From the NCBI GenBank assembly GCA_964518475.1, contig CAZFGR010000001.1, forward strand, positions 96,001-160,000: a stretch of 64,000 bases of DNA. Direction: 5' to 3'. Shown here piece after piece: positions 29,618 to 38,978 of this stretch. Made by a program: the position numbers and the translations under genes. The stretch's first letter is position 1; the number at the start of each line of letters is the position of its first letter. Source of the stretch: an uncultured Nitrososphaerota archaeon (GTDB lineage Archaea; Asgardarchaeota; Njordarchaeia; Njordarchaeales; Njordarchaeaceae). The notes under the pieces were generated by a model. That model was not told the DNA's origin. It saw nothing but the letters and a program-made list of their open reading frames with translations, and searched no databases.

Positions 29618-32368
29618 TCATTGCATTACTCTTTCTAACTTTGTTAAAATTGTCGAAGCATCGATTTCCGATGATGCTATGAGACCAAATTTTATAATCC
29701 GGCCCTTAGCTCCTATCTTTTCGATAATTTCTTTCAATTTTTCTAGGAAGTTCTTTGACCCAGCCGCAACTATTGTTGTCTTGCCTCCTACTGTACTAGC
29801 CAGTATGATGTCTCTATGTAAATTGTTTAAACGTTTTAGCACTTCTATCATTAGGTTATGAGGGAAATCAATACGAACTAACAATACGTCTCCGGGAAGC
29901 TTCTTACCCTCCTTTTCAATAATCGTTTCTAGATGATTTAATATTAAGTTCGAGAGCTTCGTAATATGTTCTTGTTGATCTTTCCATTCTTCAAAGAAAC
30001 GTTTAACGGTCTTCGGCAAGTCTCCCGGCACTACTTTGAGAATTTCGCATGATTCCTTTAAGTATTTCTCTTGTTCCTTAATATATTCGTAAGCTCTTTC
30101 ACCAGCTACGAAGATTAATCTTACAACCCCGTCATGGATTCTTCGGGTACCTATTATTTTTATAAACCCAATTTCGCCAGTAGATCGTACATGTGTACCT
30201 CCGCAAGCCTCAACTTCCCAATCCTTTACAGACACTATTCTAAGATATTTTCCAGGAACCGCCCCTCCTTGATAAATCCTCACTCCATATTTCTTTTCAG
30301 CCGTTGTTCTATCAAGTATTTCGATTTTGACTGGTCTGTTCTCCATAACAATCTTATTAGCTAATTCCTCAATCCTGTTTATTTCTTCTTCAGTGAGATT
30401 CTTATGATGTGATATATCAAGTCGCGCGTACTTCTCCGATTTTTCAGCACCAACCTGCCAAACATGAGGCCCCAAAACGTATCGAGCTGCGGCATTAACT
30501 ATGTGTGTAGCTGTATGATGTTTCATGTGTAACCAGCGACGTCTCCAATTTATTTTACCGTGAATTGTTTTTCCTACTAATTCTCTTTCGACCGGAGAAT
30601 CAACAACATGAACGATAACGTTTCCTATTTTCCTGACGTCTACTACCTTAAGTATTTTTCCATCGATAATTATTTCTCCAGTATCCTCTAACTGGCCTCC
30701 ACCTCTTGGATAAAAAGCAGTCTGATCTAGAACTACGTAGTGATTCTTAACAAAGACTATCTTAGCATCAAACTCTTTCATATACTGATCTTCGTAGTAA
30801 AGAGGCTTTGTCGAAGGAAGTCCCTCCAATACTTTTCCTAGACTTCGTCTAATGGTTTCTTCTAGATCTTCTTTTCTTTCTTCTCCACTTTTTGCTTGTT
30901 TTTCTAATCGTATTAAGTCAAAGAAGTTAGGTGGTATCTCTACCTTTACTCCTTGCTTCTTTGCTATCTCTTCCACACTAGATGGGGGTAATCCATGGTT
31001 TATGTAAAGATCTCGTAGTATCTCATAGCGGATAACTTTTAGTTTCTTCTTTTTTATTAGTCTTAACAATTCAGCGATACCTTTCTCGAGCGATGATTTG
31101 TAACGCTGTAGTTCTACTTTCCAAACATCTACAACTACGTCCCGTCCTTCTTCTATTCTCGGAAAACTCTCCGAGAAATAATCTATCTGTTTATGGAGTA
31201 GTTCTTCCCAATCTATTTGGAAATTCATATTCTCCGCTAACGAAACCGCTCTTCTCAGTATCATTCTTAGGTTATATGCGCCTCCCACGTTTGATGGTAT
31301 ACCTCCGTCTGGAATCGCGAAAACTAGAGTTTTTGTGTGATCGAGTATAGCATATACTGCTTCGATGGGTGCTAGTTTATCCTCTAATTCCTTAAGGGAG
31401 AATCCTAGAAGACTTGCTATCTTTTCTCTTGATTTCTTGAACCTTTCTGGGGATTTCGTATCCAGTATACCCGATAGTTTCGCGTATTTCACCAATAGTT
31501 CTTTATCAATTTCTAATCCTATTTGGTTTTTCAACCATTCAAACACGGGTCCAAAAGTAGCTTCATAAATCGTGGGTGTTCTTTGCCTAAACCAAGCGAT
31601 TCTCTCTAGTCCCCACCCAACATCAAGAACTTTTAATTTGAGTGGTGCCCATCTACTATCAATGAATTCATACTGCATAAATACTCCATTAACTATTTCT
31701 AATCCATAAGCAAAAGTTTCAATAGAAGGACCAAAGTTTCCTCCTCCGCTCCATACATCTTCCTTATAGGTGAGTTCCTCTGACGGTATTTCAAGGACTT
31801 TTGTCATGAATTCAAAGTTGTATCGAAGATACTCGTCTTTCCAGTAGATCCATGATTTCTCTGAGTTGAAAGCGTGTTGACCTCCCATCGTAAAACTCGT
31901 GAGATGTCTTCCCGTTTTACCAATGTTATCTATATCGCTAAACTCACCTCCAAACCTAAGACATGGCTGAGGAATAACTAGAGGATTTGCTGGGGGATCC
32001 ACAATTCCCTTAACAACCCAGGGCTGAAAAACAGCTATAGACGCTATTGTGAATTCAATATCATCTCGCCACCTAGCTACCACGGGGTAAGGATCCAAAA
32101 CAGCGTGTCCTCTCTCAGCAAAAAAGCCCGTCCATTTCCGTATGGTGTTGTGAATATCCCACTCCCTAGACCAAGTGTTGTCTTCGATAAATCTATATTC
32201 TCCTTCACATTCAACGTCTCCACAAGTTTCTCGATCCGGATTTAATGTCCAGAAAAACCTTCCACAAACCTTACACTGTTTGCGCACGAATCCCATTTCT
32301 TTAAAGAATTCAGTCTCATATTCTTCCTTACCAAATAGTTTGAATAATTCCTCTTTACTAATGCTCAT
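29618..32368 (-). CDS. alaS: Alanine--tRNA ligase (archaeal type, with editing domain)
   Basis: YPVVARWRDD, FTIASI, QPCLR, DVGWGLER, PSN, editing motifs HTATH and CGGTH. Confidence 0.98.
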   Translation of the reverse strand: MSISKEELFKLFGKEEYETEFFKEMGFVRKQCKVCGRFFWTLNPDRETCGDVECEGEYRFIEDNTWSREWDIHNTIRKWTGFFAERGHAVLDPYPVVARWRDDIEFTIASIAVFQPWVVKGIVDPPANPLVIPQPCLRFGGEFSDIDNIGKTGRHLTSFTMGGQHAFNSEKSWIYWKDEYLRYNFEFMTKVLEIPSEELTYKEDVWSGGGNFGPSIETFAYGLEIVNGVFMQYEFIDSRWAPLKLKVLDVGWGLERIAWFRQRTPTIYEATFGPVFEWLKNQIGLEIDKELLVKYAKLSGILDTKSPERFKKSREKIASLLGFSLKELEDKLAPIEAVYAILDHTKTLVFAIPDGGIPSNVGGAYNLRMILRRAVSLAENMNFQIDWEELLHKQIDYFSESFPRIEEGRDVVVDVWKVELQRYKSSLEKGIAELLRLIKKKKLKVIRYEILRDLYINHGLPPSSVEEIAKKQGVKVEIPPNFFDLIRLEKQAKSGEERKEDLEETIRRSLGKVLEGLPSTKPLYYEDQYMKEFDAKIVFVKNHYVVLDQTAFYPRGGGQLEDTGEIIIDGKILKVVDVRKIGNVIVHVVDSPVERELVGKTIHGKINWRRRWLHMKHHTATHIVNAAARYVLGPHVWQVGAEKSEKYARLDISHHKNLTEEEINRIEELANKIVMENRPVKIEILDRTTAEKKYGVRIYQGGAVPGKYLRIVSVKDWEVEACGGTHVRSTGEIGFIKIIGTRRIHDGVVRLIFVAGERAYEYIKEQEKYLKESCEILKVVPGDLPKTVKRFFEEWKDQQEHITKLSNLILNHLETIIEKEGKKLPGDVLLVRIDFPHNLMIEVLKRLNNLHRDIILASTVGGKTTIVAAGSKNFLEKLKEIIEKIGAKGRIIKFGLIASSEIDASTILTKLERVMQ

Positions 32369-32454
32369 TGTACCGCCCCAGTCATATATAAGGCTACTCA
32401 ATTATATACGTCTCAACTAAAGCTACAGTCTAAAATAATAATAGATGGAGGAAG

Positions 32455-32472
32455 ACGAAAGCTTTTTTAATG
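32455..32472 (+). promoter_or_regulatory. Probable BRE/TATA promoter of tRNA-Ala
   Basis: GAAAG-CTTTTTTAA about 40 nt upstream of the mature tRNA 5' end. Confidence 0.4.
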
Positions 32473-32509
32473 ATGATGGAAGAGATAGATATACCTTTTA
32501 TGGTAAGAT

Positions 32510-32584
32510 GGACGGGTAGCTCAGTGGTAGAGCGCCGGCTTCGCAAGCCGGAGGCCGCGGGTTCGAATCCCGCCCCGTCCACCA
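32510..32584 (+). tRNA. tRNA-Ala(CGC) with atypical A3-U70 pair and encoded CCA
   Basis: GGACGGG-TA-GCTC-AGTGGTA-GAGC-G-CCGGC-TTCGCAA-GCCGG-AGGCC-GCGGG-TTCGAAT-CCCGC-CCCGTCC-A-CCA folds into a perfect cloverleaf. Confidence 0.96.
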
Positions 32585-32703
32585 TTTTCAAGCTAATCAG
32601 ATTTTCTTCTCTTTTCTACCGCCCAGATCTTGATTCCGTATTCTTTATATATCAGCTTTTCTTAAGAATTGATTGAGTAGTACAATTTTAAGCGGTGCCT
32701 TAA

Positions 32704-33501
32704 TTGGTTAAAGCGATTAGATATGCGGCAGGTCTAGCTCACTTCTTAGCAATCATTGCAATAATATGTGAAACAGTGGCTGCGGTTATGTTATTTATAA
32801 TGGCTACTATTATCTGGGGCATCGCTCTAATACAGAATCCTAGTATTTGGTGGCCAGTATTCGAGAAAATAACCATTGCAACTATAGGCATCTCTTTCTT
32901 GATAACTTTTGCTCTCTTATACACACCATTGTATGAGTTCCTATCATATGTGTGGCGAACATTCGTAACTTTCTTTTTAACACTTGTTTCCCTTTATACA
33001 ATAATAGTGGTGAGTTGGCCTTCTGCAGTTAACGCTCAACAAGACACTCTTTTACAATTCGCCTTCTTAGCTATGATAATCTTCATTGCTGAAATTGTTC
33101 TTTTCTACATATTGTATATGATAAGAGGCAGGAAACTATCTTTCATTATTCGTCACAAAAATGCATTGGAAGAGATTTCTAGAGGATTAGGCACTTTATC
33201 TGAGATAATTAAGGAGAAAAAAGATTTAGACCCCATACTTAGAGCTAGTAACGCTGCTTATCAGTCTTGGACACACATTGTTAAGTATGAAGTATTAGAA
33301 AGATGGGACATAAGTAGAATAATGTTTCAGGCATTAATAATCTCGCTTGCATTCTTCATAGCCGGTGTTGCCTTGACTTATCAACAAATAGGTTATTCAG
33401 ACTTGGTAATATTCCTAGGCGCTGCAACTTTTGTTGTGCTAGTATTGCTCATAGCAATAGATATAATTCGCAGCGAAAAAACTAGAGCTATGTTGCTCTA
33501 A
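32704..33501 (+). CDS. Polytopic membrane protein (~6 TM) of unknown function
   Basis: Long hydrophobic segments separated by one soluble helical loop. Confidence 0.7.
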   Translation: MVKAIRYAAGLAHFLAIIAIICETVAAVMLFIMATIIWGIALIQNPSIWWPVFEKITIATIGISFLITFALLYTPLYEFLSYVWRTFVTFFLTLVSLYTIIVVSWPSAVNAQQDTLLQFAFLAMIIFIAEIVLFYILYMIRGRKLSFIIRHKNALEEISRGLGTLSEIIKEKKDLDPILRASNAAYQSWTHIVKYEVLERWDISRIMFQALIISLAFFIAGVALTYQQIGYSDLVIFLGAATFVVLVLLIAIDIIRSEKTRAMLL

Positions 33502-33971
33502 TGTTTTCCTATCATACAGGGCTTAATAAGTAACTCCTCAATTTTTTTCTCAATACTGTCGTTAACGCTGCATAGATCATTAATCTCCATCACAATTGAG
33601 CTATTTGAGTCGTATACTATGAAAGAACGTCCATCAGTTAAAATTACATGCGAAGGTTTTAGAAGATAGAGATAGGTCCTAACAACGAGCCTTTCCAGCT
33701 TCTTTTTAACTTCCTCTTTTCTCAAGTTCCATTCTTCTTCCGGCTCAATAATCTCCCATACACTTTCAATCTTCTTATCATTGCAGAGGACCACGATGTC
33801 TGGTAAGACTTCAAGGATTTCTTCCTGAACTTTTATTTTTTCCTCAAGAACTCCTTTGGATACAAGCCACATTTTGAACATGACTACTATCATATCATGA
33901 CTTTTTTTACCTTCTCTGCTCACCAATTCCCCAATTTTTTTAAGAGAGATGCCATTCATAATGCTCACCAT
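33498..33971 (-). CDS. PD-(D/E)xK-like (HsdR N-terminal-like) protein, probably degenerate
   Basis: PDIVV...WEII and ILTDGRSFIVYD resemble HsdR_N motifs. Confidence 0.45.
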   Translation of the reverse strand: MVSIMNGISLKKIGELVSREGKKSHDMIVVMFKMWLVSKGVLEEKIKVQEEILEVLPDIVVLCNDKKIESVWEIIEPEEEWNLRKEEVKKKLERLVVRTYLYLLKPSHVILTDGRSFIVYDSNSSIVMEINDLCSVNDSIEKKIEELLIKPCMIGKH

Positions 33972-34299
33972 TTCAAGCCAAGGAAATTTCGTTCTAAAAC
34001 ACGATATTTCATTTTTATATCATGATCCTTTACTTGTTTCGAACTACGGTATTCCAGTCGCTACAATTAGGGCTTTAAAACCTATCTCAAAACTTTGAAA
34101 AGGATAGTGAGCTAAGAAATGAAAAGAAAAATACTCACCTCTTAGTCGACCGTAAATCTTTAATATTAAATATGCCATACGACTTTTTTCTTTATTGTAG
34201 TACTAACTAAAGATAGAGATTGAGAAGTCATGCTTAGACAAGTCTCGCTTCTTGTAATATTTGCCTTATTCTTAGTGTTGAATTGTTAGGGAGATATGT

Positions 34300-37200
34300 A
34301 TGTACTTCGAAATACCAAAGAAACTAGCGAGTATTAGATTCGGGATAATGTCTCCAGAAGAGATTAGGAAATTAGCTGTAGTGAGAATAGACCAGTCCAC
34401 TTTATATGATGATGAGGGCAGAGGATTCCCAGGAAGTCCTCTGGATAGAAGGCTGGGTTCTCCAGATAATAGAGAAAGATGCGAATATTGTGGGCTTAGA
34501 AGGCGTGAAGGGGAAACTGGTTGTATAGGTCATTTCGGTTATATTTCTCTTGCAATGCCTGTCTATCATCTCGGATTTGTTAAATACATAGAAAAGGTTT
34601 TAAATGCTATTTGTGAAAGGTGTGGCCGCCTTACTTTACCTCCAGAAAAGCGCGAAAAATATTGGGCTAAAATGAAAGAATTCATTGATCGGTATGGATA
34701 TCCTAGTCCAGAAATAGCGAAAGAGGTACTTAATGAGGCTATAAAGGAAAAGAAATGTTATAACCTTAATTGTGGTCATGAAAAAGTTGGAAAATTTATT
34801 TGGTCAAAAGAATATCTCACATTTATCAAGCGAATCGAAATACCTCCAGAAAAACTTGAGGAAATCAAAAAATCAGAGAAAAGCAGTTTAAGCGCTTACT
34901 TAATTGGTAGGCGAAGGCCTCGTATCGTTAAAGGTCGTGGCAATAAGTATTATGAAAACCAATACTTAACAGCTCAACAAATAAAGCAAATTCTCGAGAC
35001 CATTTATGATCCTAAAGAGGATTACTCCCCAGAAGAAAGAGAAGAACGCAGAAAAGACGTCTTCTTATTAGGTTTCCACCCAGATTATGCTCTTCCTCAA
35101 TGGACTATTCTCCAAGACCTCCCTGTACCTCCCATAACAGTTCGTCCACCAGTTGTGACGGCTGATGGTAAACGATCCGAGGATCACTTAACTATAACGC
35201 TTCGAGACATTGTAAGAATAAATGAACAACTAAAAAACAAACTACGTGGGGGCCCATCCCCTGTCATAGAATCTAACTGGCAAAAACTTCAAAAACTTGT
35301 CATGGTTTTGTTTGGACTTCACAAAGTTGGTGAAATTAAGCTTGAAAGCTTGTATGTTAAGGGTATTGTGCACAGACTGTCTGGTAAGGAGGGTAGATTC
35401 AGACATAATCTGAGTGGAAAAAGAGTTGATTTCTCTGGCAGAGCTGTTATATCTCCGGATCCATACTTAAGTGTTGATGAAATCGGTGTGCCAGAAAAAA
35501 TGGCACGAGTTCTTATAGTGCCTGAAGTAGTTAATGAGCTGAATATCGAGAGACTAAGACAGCTCGTTATAAATGGCCCGGATAATTATCCAGGAGCTGT
35601 ATTCATATGGCAAAAACGAGGAGAAATGTATCATAAAATATCCTTAGAAGTCTTCAAAGGTGTTGAGGAACGGAAAGCCAAAGCTCTTGAATTAAAGCCT
35701 GGGGATATCGTAGAGCGACATTTAATGGATGGGGACATAGTAGTCTTCAATAGGCAACCCACACTTCATAGAATTTCCATGATGGGGCATTATGTACGTG
35801 TACTGCCTTACAATACACTCCGTCTTCACTTACATTCCTGCCCTCCATATAATGCAGACTTTGATGGAGATGAAATGAATATTCACTTGCCAAGATCTCT
35901 TGAGACGCGCGCAGAGATATCAACAATAATGGAAGTGAAAAGACATATCATTACTCCAAGATACGGGGGCCCAATAATTGGTCCCAAGCAAGACTATATT
36001 ACTGGGGCCTACCTCCTTACGAAGGATGATACCCTATTATCGCTCGAAGAAGCCGTTCAAATTTTATTCTATGCTGGTATTACATCATTACCCGAGCCAA
36101 CAACCGTTATTGGTAGAGAGCCTTATTGGAGCGGAAAAGATCTTTTCTCTCAGATCATTCCACGGTATATCTTTTATGAAAAAGACGTAAAAGGCGCTTT
36201 GTGTGGTAAGAAAGGCTCAGAGAAATGCAAAGTTAAAATATGGGATGGTAAAATCCTCGAAGGCGTTATAGATAAGAACGCTATAGGTGCTGAAAAACCA
36301 GAAAACCTTGTTCAGAGAATCATTGATAGGTGGGGATACGAAGCTGGTAAGAAATTCCTGAATAGTATGGGTGCAATGATTATTCGGTATCTAACTGATA
36401 GAGGTTTTAGCTTGACATTATGGGATATAAAATTACCAGCTGAAACTAGAGAAAAAATCAGAAAGGTACTGGCAGAGTACATAGAGAAGGCGAATAATCT
36501 AGTAAGACAATATCTTGAAGGAAAACTTGAACCAGACCCAGGAAAAACTCTTGAAGATACATTCGAGGACAAACTAGTCGAAATCCTAGATGAGGCGAGA
36601 ACGAAAGCTGGGGAGATAGTAATGGAATCAATGCCTATGGATAGCCAATTCTTAGCAATGACTGTAACGGGCGCGAGAGGAGATGAGACCAATATTCAGC
36701 AAGTACTAGCATGTATTGGCCAGCCAGTGGTTAGAGGGAAACGATTAAGAAGAGGTTATGACCAGCGTACTTTGCCTCATTTCAAGAAGGGGGACGTAGG
36801 TCCTTATGCCGGTGGTTTCACGATAAACAGTTTCTCATCTGGCATGTCACCTATCGAGTATTTCTTCCATAATGCTGGTGGAAGAGATAGTCTTGTCGAT
36901 ACTGCGGTTAGAACAGCTGATAGTGGATACTTCTATCGACGATTAGTCAATGCTTTGCAGGATAGTAGAATAGAATATGATGGTACAGCGAGAATGATGA
37001 GTGGTCATATAGTTCAGTTCAGATACGGTGGAGATGGCATTCATCCAGGAAAAAGCTTCCATGGCAAGCTTACAGATTACGAATCATTGTTCTACGAAAT
37101 AATTGTACGTAGAGAAGATAATGGTAAGAAAGTTAAAACTTCTAGGAAGACTTGGCCGAAGTATTATGATGAAGTGATAGAAGAAATCACTGAGAAAACT

Positions 37201-38361
37201 TCTAAAGCTATCGCTGAAGATATAAGAAAAATATTCAAAGACATGTTGAAGAAAGGTTATGTGCTATCCGAAGAAGAAGTAAAAGAATACAAGGAGAAAA
37301 TACTCGAAAAGTATCTACAAGCGCAAATAGATCCAGGCGAAGCGGCTGGAACGGTAGCTGCTCAATCTGTAAGCGAGCCAGCGACGCAATTAACTCTCCG
37401 TACATTCCACTGGGCCGGCGTAGCAGCCTTTAGCATTACAACGGGTCTACCAAGGCTGAAAGAGATTTTTGATGCTGTGGAGAGGCCTAGTACTCCGATG
37501 ATTTCCGTGTACCTAGAGAGTGATTACAAACGAAGTAAGAAGAAAGCCGAGGAAATCTTCAGCTACATACGAGCAGTCACTATCTTGCATCTAATTAAAC
37601 AAGATGGGCTTCAAATAGAGCCTGGAGAAAACAGAATAAAAGTTGTTTTGAGCAGGGAAAGACTCCGCCACTATAATTTAACCCCAGAGATCGTTAAAGA
37701 GAAAATTGAGAAAATCGGAAAAGTCCGAGTTGAGCACCCAAGCAGTTATATATTATATATCTACCCAGCAGACACTGATGTAAGCTTAACTGAGATCTAT
37801 CGAAAACTCCGCGAAAAAGTCTTCAAAGGTTTCAAGGAATATGAGCGAGCACAGCTTAGGAAATCAGATGAATTCGATGAATATTATATTGTAATAGCAG
37901 GATCCGATATTACACCCCTACTGTACGTGAAAGGCGTTGACGTGTCTAGGCTAGAAACAAACAACATCCACATGTTCGCAAAGATTTTCGGTATTGAGGC
38001 TGCTCGAAGATTAATTGCAAAAGAAGCTAAGAACGTCCTTGATCAGTATGGTCTTGACGTGGACATGCGTCACATTCTCTACATAACTGATGTCATGACT
38101 ATGCATGGCCACATCGAAGCTATTGGAAGATATGGAATTGCTGGAAAGAAACTAAGTGTACTAGCCCGGGCAGCTTTTGAAGAAACCGGTAAGCATTTGT
38201 TCCGTGCTGCTGCAGCTGGTATGGTAGATCCCCTCTTAGGTGCTACAGAAAATGTCATAGTGGGAGGAGTTCCACCTTTGGGTACGGGAGTAGTAAAGCT
38301 TGGATTTTTCAAAAAACCAATTAAACAAAACCAGGCTCAGGCCACGATCTCTAACTCTTAA
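34300..38361 (+). CDS. rpo1: RNA polymerase largest subunit, unsplit Rpo1 (A'+A'')
   Basis: CIGHFG, GKRVDFSGR, NADFDGDEMN, DTAVRTADSGY, then in the same frame AAQSVSEPATQLTLRTFH and ARAAFEET. Confidence 0.98.
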   Translation: MYFEIPKKLASIRFGIMSPEEIRKLAVVRIDQSTLYDDEGRGFPGSPLDRRLGSPDNRERCEYCGLRRREGETGCIGHFGYISLAMPVYHLGFVKYIEKVLNAICERCGRLTLPPEKREKYWAKMKEFIDRYGYPSPEIAKEVLNEAIKEKKCYNLNCGHEKVGKFIWSKEYLTFIKRIEIPPEKLEEIKKSEKSSLSAYLIGRRRPRIVKGRGNKYYENQYLTAQQIKQILETIYDPKEDYSPEEREERRKDVFLLGFHPDYALPQWTILQDLPVPPITVRPPVVTADGKRSEDHLTITLRDIVRINEQLKNKLRGGPSPVIESNWQKLQKLVMVLFGLHKVGEIKLESLYVKGIVHRLSGKEGRFRHNLSGKRVDFSGRAVISPDPYLSVDEIGVPEKMARVLIVPEVVNELNIERLRQLVINGPDNYPGAVFIWQKRGEMYHKISLEVFKGVEERKAKALELKPGDIVERHLMDGDIVVFNRQPTLHRISMMGHYVRVLPYNTLRLHLHSCPPYNADFDGDEMNIHLPRSLETRAEISTIMEVKRHIITPRYGGPIIGPKQDYITGAYLLTKDDTLLSLEEAVQILFYAGITSLPEPTTVIGREPYWSGKDLFSQIIPRYIFYEKDVKGALCGKKGSEKCKVKIWDGKILEGVIDKNAIGAEKPENLVQRIIDRWGYEAGKKFLNSMGAMIIRYLTDRGFSLTLWDIKLPAETREKIRKVLAEYIEKANNLVRQYLEGKLEPDPGKTLEDTFEDKLVEILDEARTKAGEIVMESMPMDSQFLAMTVTGARGDETNIQQVLACIGQPVVRGKRLRRGYDQRTLPHFKKGDVGPYAGGFTINSFSSGMSPIEYFFHNAGGRDSLVDTAVRTADSGYFYRRLVNALQDSRIEYDGTARMMSGHIVQFRYGGDGIHPGKSFHGKLTDYESLFYEIIVRREDNGKKVKTSRKTWPKYYDEVIEEITEKTSKAIAEDIRKIFKDMLKKGYVLSEEEVKEYKEKILEKYLQAQIDPGEAAGTVAAQSVSEPATQLTLRTFHWAGVAAFSITTGLPRLKEIFDAVERPSTPMISVYLESDYKRSKKKAEEIFSYIRAVTILHLIKQDGLQIEPGENRIKVVLSRERLRHYNLTPEIVKEKIEKIGKVRVEHPSSYILYIYPADTDVSLTEIYRKLREKVFKGFKEYERAQLRKSDEFDEYYIVIAGSDITPLLYVKGVDVSRLETNNIHMFAKIFGIEAARRLIAKEAKNVLDQYGLDVDMRHILYITDVMTMHGHIEAIGRYGIAGKKLSVLARAAFEETGKHLFRAAAAGMVDPLLGATENVIVGGVPPLGTGVVKLGFFKKPIKQNQAQATISNS

Positions 38362-38908
38362 GCAGATCCTCTGCTACAGCTACTACTAATATATCATCTA
38401 ACGTTTCTTCTAAACTCTTTTTAGGCTTCTTTTCTTCTTTTACTTCAATGCCTTCTGCAACTTTTAGTTCAGGAAGAACTAATTCTTGAGAAGTACCCGT
38501 AGCTTTTCGCTTCATAGCTATTGATTCTTGCGCGCTTACGGCGATACTTGGTTGAGATATGATATTACTTATTCTTTGAACCTGTATTATATTCTCGTTC
38601 AATGTTCCTATTAGGGAATTTAGTACTGATATCATTTCTTTTAATTCCTTAAGAGTCTTTTCGTTTTCTCCCTTCTTTGTTTTTTTCTTAGCTATCTTCT
38701 TTTCTCGAGCTACTCGTCTTCCAAAAAGTTCTTTGTAGAATTCGTTAAAAGCTCTTTTAATTATTTCCTCAACGGAGACTCCTAAGAGATCAGCAGCGTC
38801 GATCATTTTTTCAAACAGGTCCTTGGGAAGAACAAACATTACTTTAACTAAATTTCTATCCTTGTCCTCATGGAGAATCCTAGAATACGGATCAGATAGA
38901 CCACTCAC
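38351..38908 (-). CDS. Hypothetical protein with RHH-like N-terminus and coiled coil
   Basis: VMFVLPKDLFEKMIDAADLLGVSVEEIIKRAF resembles a ribbon-helix-helix. Confidence 0.55.
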   Translation of the reverse strand: MSGLSDPYSRILHEDKDRNLVKVMFVLPKDLFEKMIDAADLLGVSVEEIIKRAFNEFYKELFGRRVAREKKIAKKKTKKGENEKTLKELKEMISVLNSLIGTLNENIIQVQRISNIISQPSIAVSAQESIAMKRKATGTSQELVLPELKVAEGIEVKEEKKPKKSLEETLDDILVVAVAEDLLKS

Positions 38909-38978
38909 AACAGCTCACATTATCTTATAGTGATTAAATTAGGGATAGAGGAAACTACAAGCAATTACCTCGTTTGGA

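Noticed and set aside
32510-32584. GCG codon reassignment via the odd tRNA(CGC)
   Set aside because: GCG occurs at conserved Ala positions (cdc48 LAKAVA; rpo1 GEA and EPATQ), so it still encodes Ala.
32470-32676. 68-aa ORF in the ORF track
   Set aside because: It runs through the tRNA-Ala gene and is a translation artefact.
32585-34299. Integrated mobile element at tRNA-Ala
   Set aside because: No integrase and no duplicated tRNA 3' end seen in the window.
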